NCBI RefSeq assembly: GCF_037042905.1
Contig: NC_087250.1
Coordinates: forward strand, 27,034,001-27,098,000
DNA: 64,000 bases
Reading direction: 5' to 3'
Source: Lytechinus pictus
Taxonomy: Eukaryota
Below the pieces are notes generated by a model. That model saw nothing but the letters and a program-made list of their open reading frames with translations, made no database searches and was not told the origin of the DNA. The translations under genes and the position numbers were made by a program. Position 1 is the stretch's first letter. The number at the start of each line of letters is the position of its first letter. Shown here one piece after another: positions 52,440 through 64,000 of the stretch.

Positions 52440-54452
52440 GTAAGTTTTGATAATTAGGAATACCCTAATCCGTATTTTCTTTTCATTATTCCGTATTGAT
52501 AAACTGGAGAACATGTAAGCTAATAGGATGGGGGATCGGTTGTCCGGACACTTTATATTTTTGAAGCCTTCTTTTTTGTTATTGGATTACACTACAAATA
52601 CGAAATCAATAGTTGTAATCATCTTCTATTTTGTGCTCTATAATATTTCCTGACATTTTGTATTAAAAATTGATGAAACTTCGCTTGTAAATTTTTCCAA
52701 ATGACTTTCTAAAATTGATCGTCCGGACACACAACCTGTCCGGACACACAACAACTGGGTATACTACATACTCCTGAATCATTTCATATGAATTTATAGG
52801 CCTACTTTATTAACACTTGGGATACGAGAAATTTCCTAGTCAATAGAAAATCGAATCTAAACATAATCTTGCTGTAGCCTATAACATTGACACTATAAAT
52901 GTTAGAGGTGAGAGAATTCAAAATATAAGTATGATAAGAAATGAAGAAGGACAATTTTATTAGGACTCAAACATAGAGATAATGAGGGTGACTCTTGCAC
53001 GTGGTAAACGAATGCGGTGCAAGACATAATTTTCGTTCTCGCTGATGTATGACGTTATATGATAATATAGCACCCCCCCCCCGGATTAAAACCTATGGTT
53101 ATGCACGTGATCAGGAAATTACAAAGAAACATGTTTGGAAGTCTCAAACTTTTCGTCGTTGTTGTTCTTCCTTGGAACCATAGTAGAATATAAAGTTCAC
53201 TATCAAACCGTATTCATAAAAAAACAAGTAAAGATTGTTTTTGTCTTGTCAATCTGAGACACTACACTCAAAGCAAAATATACAAAATTAGAAGAGATGT
53301 ATTGTCTATCAACCTGATAATTGTAAACTGATGTTACATACATATTTTGAACATGCAACCAGCTAACTGTGACACCTCATCCCTCTCTTTCCTCTCTCTC
53401 TCTTTCTCTTTCCTGTATCACTATAATCAATATCATGTAAAAGAGAGAGCTCTGGGGCTAGGCCCACCCCAAAAGTTCAAGCACCAAGATAAAATTGAGA
53501 AAGAGAAAGAAAGGAAAGGAATAGGTGTGAATTATATACACATAAATTTGTCTCAATCTATCACAAAATAGGATTAGAGTGTCTTCTTTTGCTCGATCTC
53601 TTTAATCATTTTTATCTTTTGGACAATGTTTGGCCCCCTCATCTTTTGTTGGTTCATCACGGCATTGACACAAGACTTTTTAAATTTGACAAAAGTTTCC
53701 GAAACTGTGATCAAATTAACAATTTTTGTTTTAATATCATTCAGACTAAAAATATTCCTTCTGGATAAAAATGAAGGGAAATTTTAAAACTAATCTGCAT
53801 TTGTAATAATTCTTTTCTGTATTATCATAATAGTACAAAACAATTGAATTATATTGGATGGTTCAGAATTGAATATCAGAGTTATTTCAATAGTTTTGTA
53901 TAGTAGCCTGGTATGCGGAGGATATCAGTCCTTTGTTCAATGTGCTCTCATATTGAACAGACAACTGATTCAGACAAAAATAAACATTAAAAATGCATCG
54001 CTAAAATCATGAACCCTTGTAGGGTCCATGCTAAAACACTCTGTAGATTACAATCCTTGATATCAGTATTAATAGTATAAAACCATTATTGTCAAAGTCA
54101 TGGTCAGTTATTAAATGTTATTATCATGTACAACATTATTATCATTCTTATTATAGTTATGGTGATTTAGATTTTTCGTTATCATAATCAAAATTATTAT
54201 CATAAATGATGACAATTATATTAATAATAATAAAGTAGGTGGCCCTAATGGTACTATTATTATGGTAATATTCACCATCAACGTTATCTAACATGCACAA
54301 TAATAAAACATTTAAGTTTTATGCAGAAAAGTCTATAGAAAGTTCAAATAAAAAAAATGAAAATGCCTTGAAATTTCAAGGCTCAAAATCCTCAAGGCCA
54401 AGGCTTGACAGTCCTAGGCCAAGGCTTCGAAAAAATTGGCCTTAATGCGCTT

Positions 54453-54742
54453 TAATAATAATAATAATACCAACATGCTTATATAGCGCATATCACTGCC
54501 TAATGCGTCCCTATGCGCTTAATTGGATATTATTACCCTGGCTTTAGCCTCGCAGCCTTTTACAAGCGCGATGGCATTTCAAGGAGTAAATTCCTGCCAG
54601 GTACCCATTTATCTCACCTGGGTCGAGTGCAACACAATGTGGATGAATTTCTTGCCGAAGGAAATTACGCCATGGCTGGGATTCGAACCCACGACCCTCT
54701 GTTTCAAAGTCCGAAAACTAATCCACTGGGCCACAACGCTCC
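54453..54742 (-). mobile_element. tRNA-derived SINE
   Basis: Minus strand reads GGAGCGTTGTGGCCCAGTGG ... GGTTCGAATCCC, with an (ATT)n tail; absent from paralogous sites (~17645, ~39280). Confidence 0.85.
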
Positions 54743-56606
54743 ACATGGCAATGGTCGAATATCAAGGCACTATAACACTAGTTCTTGATTACAAAAAATG
54801 TTTCTATACTTTCCAAATTTTAGGTCAGGGTATCATTTTTTCAGCTTGCGTTTTGTGCTCGCTTCAATAAAGTTTAGATGTCCATTTACCAATCCCAGTT
54901 TAAAAGTCAGAAATTTAAAAAAAATCACAGCTTACTCTCTTCTCGCTTGTATCAGAAGTTTAGTAAAAATCTATTTTGTTCACAGTTAGAAAAAGGTGCT
55001 AAAAATGTCAAGGTTAAAACTCGGAAAATAAAAAAATTCAGCTCGCGCTTTGCGCTCACGTATTTTGTGTAGTTAGATACCTACCCTCTTAAGGGTAACA
55101 AAAGATTAATTTCCTATTGTTTAGTTGGAAAATTAAAGTTTCAAGCTTATGCTTCGCGCTTGTATTAATATTGTTTGATCAAAAACATATCATGTTTATG
55201 TTTACAAAAGTGCTTTATTGCTCACATTGATTGGTACATGTATGATATGTATTCTTCTCATGTGTTACATGGAAACCTTCATTAACAGGTAGCTTTTCAG
55301 ATCAATATATTAACATTTTCAACTCCTGCTCGCAATATCCTCTTCATGAGCCACTGTTATTATTGGCTCCCTTTTTAGATTAGTGTATTGAAAGTTTGGC
55401 TCAGGCTTCGCGCTCCCATTAATTATTTAATTACATACGCATATTGTTCATGAAAAAAAAAAAAACTGCTCAGAATATCAAAGTTTATATCACTATACAT
55501 GAAATATAAAAAAAAAATAGCTCGCGCTTTGTGCTCGCGTTATTTCTTAAAGCCTTATTCTACTATCTTGTGTGGACGCACAAACCTGAGATGTAGTTAA
55601 AACTTCGGTCTTTTGAGAGAAATACCCCCTAAAAATTAGCTCATGGCGGCCAATCGGAAAAAAAAAAATAGTTTGTTTCTGCCGATCATTATTATTGTAA
55701 GATATTTGTTCTTTTCCCCGGATAACAAAAAAAAGTATTAAGCTCTTGCTTTAGCTTTAGATTCCCATCATCCATTAGTGAGATAAGTATATCCTCTCAA
55801 CAATTTTCATGCCTCTTAAAAAGTGTTCAAAGGTTTCCACTTGTGGTCAGTATAATAACATTTTCACCCTGGGCTTTGGACTCGCATCAATCATAAAATT
55901 AAGATACACAAATTGTTCTTTATTTTAAAAACGTGCTTAAACTGTCCAATTTTCAGATGGGAATATGAAAATATCTCGGCTCGCACCCTTAGTTTGTATG
56001 GCTTAATTAATCATGCTTAAAAAATTCAATTTTCAGTATAAATTATAAAAAAAAAAGAATCAGCTCGCGCTTGGCATTCGCATCAATTTTTTTTTTATTA
56101 TAAAGGCATCTTATCCTGAATGATTTTACGCGACCGCAAAGCGTGAGCTGCATTTTTTAAAAATTCTAACCTGAAAACGAAAATGATCTTTCTCATATTA
56201 TCATAGAAAATTTCAGCTCGCAATTCGCGCTCACATTTTTTGTATTTATCCCTTGTAAGATACCTTACCGTGTTTTTGAGAATAAATCTCATGATTTATT
56301 TAACTTCGGACGGTTTCTACAAAACATATATATTTTGGTGCCCCCTACAAATGTTCAAGCAGCCCCCCCCCCCTCCCCGCTGAATTAAGTCTCAGCTACG
56401 CCATTGCCTTCAAGATTACATTACTTCCCAAGGGATGTTATCAATAATATTTCTAACCTCCCGCTCACACAATTCTAGGCCTACTCTGATTAAAAAATAC
56501 ATGAAATTGAAACCCCCAAATACTTGAAACACAAATTACTCGCGCTTCGCGCTCGCATTTATTATTTTTGAAGAAAAAGTGATATTACATATATATATAT
56601 GGATTT

Positions 56607-59600
56607 GGAGGGCGCAATTCATCTTCGCTGGATAAGGTCACGACCGTTCCCGGAGAGTGATTAAACCCTCTATTTCTAACGTTTTTGGATATATATTTTG
56701 AGAAAGGACTAGTGGAATCTGAGGTAAATATAGTGACATAACATATATATCTATTTGGAAACTGGATGTTGTTGCATGGTCTTGATATTTTGAGATTCCA
56801 ACTTTGAGGTTAACGCCCAGGCTATTTTTGAAAGATGGCGGCCTACGCAGAAAAAGCCCGGTTTAAACCTCCAATAGACTCAACTGACATTAAACCGGTG
56901 TTTGTGAAACACAAGGACATCCCCTCTAGTAATGACAAAGATGTATCAAGTGAATAACTTTTCATGTGCATTGCTCGTACAACAAAAAGTAGCGGCATTA
57001 GAGGGATTAAAAAAATCGGAGGTTTATGGCGTTCATATCTGACGTCCCAAGACGCCCGTATAGAGCTCATCACAAAAGGCATGAATGTTAGGAATGTCAA
57101 TATCGCAGTATACGATAAAAATCCATTTCTAAATGATGGAATGGATGGATGTATTCGCCTCATAATTAAGGACATACCCCTGTCAGCCCATGACTCCTTG
57201 ATTTGTGACGAACTAGAGATGAGGAAATATAAAAATGTTGGGAAACCCACCTACCAACGGCTCCGTGTCGACGGGCAGTTGACATACTGTCTAACCGGAG
57301 ATAGGACTGTTTACATCCAGCAACCATCCCAACCCCTCCCTCGTTTCATGACCTTCGGCCTCTTCAAAGGGAGAATCTTCCACCCAGGGCAAATCACAAT
57401 CAACACAAGCAAGGTGGTAGTATGCTCCAACTGCTTGAACGAAGGGCACCATCGTTCAAGTTGCATTAACCCGGTTGTGTGCTGCATTTGTAAACAACCC
57501 GGGCACATTCAGCGTGATTGCAGCTATACGACCACGCCCACCTCGCAACAACAGGCTGATAACACCCGCACAGCAGATATCACCCCCGATGCCCAGGCGA
57601 CAATTGAACAGTTCATCGCGTCCAAGCGAAATGCAGCTACACCCGTCACCGAACAGACGCATCACCCTGACGACCCCATACCTATGGAACCGAAGATTAC
57701 GCGATCTAAAAGCAGCCGCCAATCGCAACAAAAGAATGCGTCGTCATCCAGGCAACCAGGCATATCTGAATACCTACGTAGCGAGAAAGCAAGTTCGCGA
57801 GAGTCGGCAGTCACAGAGGAAGAAACAAACACAGATGCAACAGCTTCAGGAGATGAAGAAGAATCCGACTCGTATCTATCTCCCGAAACACCGAGCCCTA
57901 AAAAACAAGGGGAAAACCCCGTCAAGCGTAGGAGAAAACAGAAAAAATGAAGAAAAAAAAATTGAACAGTAATTATTCTTGAAAGGTGCAGAGATGGTCC
58001 ATATCTGTTCTAACTTGAAAACGCAGAATCTACACCTCATTTCTCTTAATGTCAGAGGCATTCGGAATAAAGTAAAACGAGGCGTTATATTTTCATGGTT
58101 ATCTTTTCAAAAAGCGAATGTAATTTTATTACAAGAAACCTTCTTAACAACTGAACTGGAATATGCGTTTAGATCATAAAAATGTGGTGAGCTGAGCTTT
58201 TTCAACCATGGAACAAATCATTCTAAAGGCGTTGTGACTATAATAAAAAAAACAGGATAACATTGAAATACTCGAAACTTTTGTGAAATTCGACGGAAGG
58301 GCAATCGCTGTGAGATTAAGTGTTAAGAAAAAAGTATACTTTCTTCTAAATGTTTATGCCCCTACTAAAAAATCTGAAAAAGAAATATTTTTCAAGATAA
58401 TGTATAACTGGATAAAAGATATAAAACAAAAGGGTGATTTACTCGTATTTGGAGGTGATTGGAACTGTGTACAAGATCCCAAGCTTGATTCCCAAGGTTG
58501 TTCACAGGCTTATAAACAAATGAAAGGGTTACAAAATATTCAGAATAAATTTAGTCTAAGTGACGTATGGCGAAAATGGTATCCACTCGGAAAACAATTT
58601 ACCTGGCGTCAATTAACGTTAGTTATATCATCTCGACTTGATTACTGGTTGATTTCTTCATCATTGTATTGTAATGTCCAAAGTACTGATATCAGACATG
58701 CAATCAAGTGTGATCACTGTGCCATATCACTAAAATTAAGGATAGAAAGTGTTACGAGAGGAACGGGGACATGGAAATTTAATAATTCATTATTACATGA
58801 TTCTGTCTATAAGAAACATATTAAGTATATTATAAACTCTACATCATTTCAATGCTATATGAATGCAAGAACCAAATGGGACATTATGTAAAAAATAAGG
58901 ATTCGAGAGTCTACCATGAAATTCGCCAAGCAAAAGCAAATTGAAAAGATGGAATGGTATAAAAGAACGTACGAAAAGTACATGTTATTGTGCAGGAATG
59001 TTGACAGTGGTAATTACGAAAGAAACGACATAGCAAGAATGAACGATCTGAAAACAGATATTGAAAAATGGTATGCACATAGATGTAGGGGCGCATTTGT
59101 AAGATCTCGCGAACGGTGGATGGAATCTGGCGAAAGATCTAACAAGTATTTTCTCAATTTAGAAAAGAAAAATGGAAAACAAAAAGAAATTGACTGTATA
59201 AATAAAAATGGAAAAATCGTTACTGGTAATAGAAACGTTCTTAAAGAAATAACAAAATATTACAAAGACTTATACTAAAAAAAGTCTTTAAGTGTACATT
59301 CCGAAATAAAAAAAAGTACCTAAAAAATACAAATTTAACTACTCTTTCTGAGGATGATGTACTGGCTTGTGTAGGCTTAATAACAGAAAAGGAATGTTTT
59401 GAAGCGTTAAAAAATAATGAGAAATAACAAATCTCCCGGCAGTGATGGGCTAACTGCTGAATTCTATCGGTGCTTCTGGGATGATTTAAAGTATATGTTG
59501 ATCGATAGTTTAAACGAAGGCTTTGAAAGTCAAGAGTTGTCTGAAAGCCAGAACAGGTTGTCATTACATTGTTGCATAAAAAAGGTGACAAGAGAGTAAT

Positions 59601-59705
59601 AGACAACTGGAGACCAATTTCATTGTTGAACATTGACTACAAGATCCTTGCAAAAGCACTTTGTAAAATATTGTATACTGTGTTAGAAAACATAGTCTCC
59701 GCAGA
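56607..59705 (+). mobile_element. Tx1/L1-clade LINE with intact 5' end, disrupted ORF2 and missing 3' half
   Basis: ORF2 pieces: SLNVRG, LQET, NVYAP, GGDWN, SRLDY, KSPGSDG, WRPISLLNIDYKILAK; several stops and frameshifts; ends abruptly in RT. Confidence 0.9.
56835..57950 (+). pseudogene. LINE ORF1 with two CCHC zinc knuckles and one premature stop
   Basis: ATG 56835 is in frame with ORF 56964 through a single TAA; CSNCLNEGHHRSSC and CCICKQPGHIQRDC. Confidence 0.85.
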
Positions 59706-59709
59706 TCGC

Positions 59710-61763
59710 CAAATTCATAACAGAGGTCCATCTCTTGAAGGTGCAGGTCAGGTTCGAATGTGAGTTGAATTTGATTAAGGTCAAAGGTCAATGAACTTTC
59801 ACACTACTTTGTTCCTCTAATGACATGAACTTTATAATTTTATACTTTTTAACACTAACATTTTAATTCAGAACTCAGTGCTTATATTATTAATTATAGG
59901 TTCATAGTATTAACAGCATTCTTAGTGTTATCTGATTTTCTAGGGATAAAGTAGGCCTATACCATTAATGCATATGTAAACTGTCAGAACCACAATTCAC
60001 CCCCTAAACTGCTGACAGCCTCAGAAGTCATATAGCATAGTTTTGACATGCAGTCTCTTCATGACTGCAATATGCAGGCGAGACAACGCTTGGCGTTTGC
60101 CTTGTTAAACTATCAGCGTCCAAAGTGTTGCGAGTTGGGTTGAAACAATCTATAATACGCCTAAAACGGGCAAAAGTCTAATACCGCCCAAAATGTCTAA
60201 AATACGAATGGTTCCTTAGTCCTGATCCCAAACATTCAAAATCCATGTCATTTCAATCATACTCTCTAGATTTGTAGAGGAATATATTCAGAAGAAATTA
60301 AGACATTTAAACTATGGGGTCCATGTGCTCGTTTTCAAATTATCAGTGTCCAAAGTATTGCGAGATGGCTTGAAACAGCATAAAATGCACCAAAAACAAG
60401 CACAAGTCTGTAATACCGTCTAAAATGCGAATGGTTCCGTAGTCTTGGTCCCAAACATTGAAAATTCATGTCATTTTTATCATACTTTGCACATAGATAC
60501 TTTAGCACCTGAATATTCCAAATATGCAAAAATTAACATGGGTTCATGTGCTTGATGTTTTGCTATAGAGCTTCAAAGTTAACCCAAAATGGATGATGTT
60601 CTTAAGAATTGCGCATCCAAAAAAATTGGCATTTTTAGACCTCACGATATCTCAACATTGAGTTTAAAGTCATATTACTTAGTGAAAATCCATGAAAACA
60701 TTATCAAATTCTGCAATATGCCTGTATCCGTAAGATGGATAATCTATGTATATTGCTATCAATTGTTTGCTCCTTTAAGTCTATCAACACTCTCAGTTCT
60801 TAGAAATTGCGGGAAAGATACTCAACCTTAAAAATTTCAAATTTCAATAACAAACTTGAGAAGTAAAAGAAATGCTGCACTTTACTCAAAACCCATGTCA
60901 TTTTCACCAAACTTTGCAAAGTTGTAGAGGAAGGTATACCTAAGACATGTAAGAGGTGCAAGCATTAAAAAATATGGGTTCGTGTGCTTATTTTCAAACT
61001 ATCAGCACTCTTATTAGAGCAAGATAACTACAATGAGTTTAAACCTCTATTACTCAGTCAAAATACATGAAAAAGTCATCAAATTTCGCAAGAGAGGTAA
61101 TTATTGTATCGTTATAATGGAGAATCTATTTGTAGTGCTATTTGTTTGCAATTGTAAGTTTAACAGCACTGTCAGTTTTTCAAAATGGCGTAAAAGATAA
61201 CAAAATCCCAATCTAAAAAATGTGAAATTTCAGTAAGAAACTACAAAAGTACAATAAATGCTACACTTTATTCAAAACCCATGTCATTTTCACCAAACTT
61301 TGCAAAGTTGTAGAGGAAGGTATACCTAAGAGGTGCAAGCATTAAAAAATATGGGTTCGTGTGCTTATTTTCAAACTAGTAGCACTCTTATTAGAGCAAA
61401 TTTGTTTCTTAAAACACCCGAAAACGTGCCAAAAGCAGTATCTATGTGAGGAAAAATTCCGAACCACTTTTCCATTTATTCAAACTCGAGGTCATATTCA
61501 TCATACTTTGCAGCACTACAGAGAAACTATTTTGAAATTGTAGAGGAAAAAAAAATGTTCCATGGACATGATGGAATAATCCTAGTTTATTAGCTTCATA
61601 AAATAACACATCGGATCTGCAGTTAGTGCAGATAAGGAGAAAAATCAGCTCACATTTATACCTACAGCTGATTAAATCACCAGTTCATCCATTGTGACGT
61701 CAGCGCGCAGAGTGTAAAATATGCGCAGATCATGATGCGCACAAACATAACTGTGGAACGTCC
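59710..61763. mobile_element. One-ended DNA transposon fragment at a TTAA site (Kolobok-like?)
   Basis: Absent from the paralogous unit; ends GGAACGTCC|TTAA where homology resumes; internal direct repeats (~60875-61020 vs ~61258-61398). Confidence 0.55.
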
Positions 61764-62456
61764 TTAAAACACTTTTTTTGCTCGGCGGGGATGGACGAGG
61801 CGCATTTTTTTCTCTCTAAAAGGGCGCCAAAATCAGGTCAGGTTTTGGCCCCTCCTACGAAATCCCGGATCTTATTATCATTATTCTATACAGGAGGAAT
61901 TTCGTATAACATTTTTTACAATGAAAAGAACCTTTAGACTTTTTTCTCTTCGAACATTTAAATTTCGCTGTAAAGTATGCTCACTGCGGATAAAAAATTT
62001 GGGCCCTAAACATACAAGACATCTTTTTGACGTTGTTTGTCGTTTTCTCTACGCACTATCATAATTTATTTCCAAAATTCTTTGCAATTTGAGCACTGAT
62101 CCACGTTTATCATGAGCTAAAAATAAAAACCATACATCCTAATATGTTTATACACTGCACCTCTTTGTGTATCCGTGTTTAATAATACATTATACAAGGA
62201 TCTCAATTCAACTAAAGAGAGAAAAAAGTATTATTACAATTAAGCGTTGTTTTATCGGTTCACAAAACAACGCAAGAAAAATTAAGATTAAATGTGAGAA
62301 CACTTTCACTGTAAAGGTTTCTGAGAAAGCGAGAGAATGTTTAATATACCCTCGTAATTTTTTGTTCAAATGTTTTTTTAAATTCATTTTAACTTTTCTT
62401 GCGGTTTTTTGTTGTTTTTGTTTTAGGTAGGCTACTGTCCCTATTTTCTCTTCATC

Positions 62457-64000
62457 ATGGCGTCTAAGTTCCCAACAAAGAAGGGTGGAGAGGTCGAGCT
62501 TCGTACAAGGAAAGGTCATGACATGACCTGGTCATGTGACAAGCATGGTGAGCCAATCAAATTTTACTGTAAGAAACACAAAATTCCTATTTGTCATCCA
62601 TGCGCTACCAAAGATCACAGTCAGAAACCATGTGAGCTAGACGACATCGAGGATGTCATCTTCGAAAGGAGAAGACAGCTAGATGAAAAACGGCCAAAAG
62701 TTCAAGGACTTCACAAACAATTGGAAGCCCTCAGCACGAAAATAAAGACTGTGTCAACGTCTGGAAGTACTCATCTTCGGACAATTGACAACAACATTCA
62801 AGATTCATATCACGACAAGATCGATTCTGTTGGAGAAAAGGAGAACAGGATGATTAGGGTTATTAACGAGGAGGCAGATGAGGAAATAAGACTAGTAAAT
62901 GAGAAGAGAGAAAAACGGATCAAGGATTGCAACACCGAGAGAGAAAATGAGCGACAAATCATCAAACACAAAGAAGCAAAACTTCTAGCAGATGCAAAGA
63001 AAATCAGCGAAGTTGTTGCTAAGAAGATCAAGGATCTGACTGATAAGAATCAGCATGTAATAAACACTGTAGAGAACATTGAATCAACCATCACACGTAT
63101 TAACCAACATGATGAAACATTGGTGAATGAAGCTCCTCAAGTACTTGCATCTATTGATGAAAATTTAAGTTTGAATGTTCATCAAGATGTTAGCGACTGT
63201 CTTGACCGAATACAGAATGAAGTTGAGAGAATGAAGTTTGTAGAGAGGGAAGTAGGTGGAGAATACTATGGTAGAATTGGTGGGTATATCGGTAAATGGG
63301 AACTTGTCAAGTCAATTCACATTCCATCGGTTGTTAATAACCCGTGTGCGCGTGGTTTAGTCAGTGATGATGAGATATGTGTGCAAGTACGTAACAGTGA
63401 CATGTATATTACAAACATCAACACTCAACACACAGAGAAAGTCATTGATGAAGGTGTGCGTGTTACATCATGTGCGCCCATAGACAGTAACGTAATAGTA
63501 TGTGGTAAGGGGACAGGTGATCGCACGGGTGACAGGTTGAATGGATGCATCACTCTCTATGACAGACAATGGAAGGTGATTAGAGACATCAGCATACCAA
63601 GGAATGGATACGCCGTATATTATAGTGTGTATGTTGATGTTGACAGGGATGGGATGATCATCGCTGGTCAGTTCAATCAGTCTAATATCTACGTCATCAA
63701 TCCTGCTGATGATAAGATAGTAAACACTATTACGATGCAGGGTAAGAAGGTGTGGGATGGGATACAAGCCTTGTCATCAGGTGATATCGTTGTGAAGACA
63801 GATTATAATAAATACACTGTCATCTCACGATCAGGAGAACGGAAGGCTGTCATACACTGTGATGAGTGGGTCTGGTCAGAGTGTCTCGTTGACAAACTGA
63901 CAGACACACTCTACATCGCGTACTGGGATAGAGCGCGTAATACATACGCAGTTGATCAGGTGTCACGTGATGGTATCATCCAGGCAAGAAGGATCGTGGA
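62457..64000 (+). CDS. RING-less TRIM-like B-box/coiled-coil/beta-propeller protein, copy 3 (runs off window end; missing from the ORF track)
   Basis: Manual translation MASKFPTKKGGEVELRTRKGHDMTWSCDKHGEPIKFYC ... DGIIQARRIV with no stop; colinear with 41896; acceptor at 62425-62426. Confidence 0.9.
   Translation, partial: MASKFPTKKGGEVELRTRKGHDMTWSCDKHGEPIKFYCKKHKIPICHPCATKDHSQKPCELDDIEDVIFERRRQLDEKRPKVQGLHKQLEALSTKIKTVSTSGSTHLRTIDNNIQDSYHDKIDSVGEKENRMIRVINEEADEEIRLVNEKREKRIKDCNTERENERQIIKHKEAKLLADAKKISEVVAKKIKDLTDKNQHVINTVENIESTITRINQHDETLVNEAPQVLASIDENLSLNVHQDVSDCLDRIQNEVERMKFVEREVGGEYYGRIGGYIGKWELVKSIHIPSVVNNPCARGLVSDDEICVQVRNSDMYITNINTQHTEKVIDEGVRVTSCAPIDSNVIVCGKGTGDRTGDRLNGCITLYDRQWKVIRDISIPRNGYAVYYSVYVDVDRDGMIIAGQFNQSNIYVINPADDKIVNTITMQGKKVWDGIQALSSGDIVVKTDYNKYTVISRSGERKAVIHCDEWVWSECLVDKLTDTLYIAYWDRARNTYAVDQVSRDGIIQARRIV

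Overview
AT-rich, intron- and transposon-rich animal DNA. The SINE/MITE types and gene content suggest an invertebrate deuterostome, probably a sea urchin (inference only). The window holds a tandem cluster of three + strand paralogous exons, each encoding a coiled coil plus an NHL-like beta-propeller (4394-5972, 41896-43557, 62457->64000). Copies 2 and 3 are RING-less TRIM-like proteins (B-box, coiled coil, propeller). Copy 1 has no B-box; a TIR-domain exon (527-1043) splices onto it in frame by phase match, predicting a TIR/coiled-coil/propeller protein, although copy 1 has a 2-bp frameshift near 5315. The three propellers are almost identical in framework but differ in about ten short, periodically spaced hypervariable patches. 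A duplicated ETS+octamer+IRF-type motif cluster with a putative non-coding first exon precedes copies 2 and 3. Together this looks like a diversifying intracellular immune-receptor family with swappable N-terminal effector domains. The rest is segmental duplication, two decayed L1/Tx1 LINEs, an L2 fragment, tRNA-SINEs, a solo LTR, many MITEs, a minisatellite and a minus-strand hammerhead ribozyme motif. All alignments were done by eye; no database searches were run.
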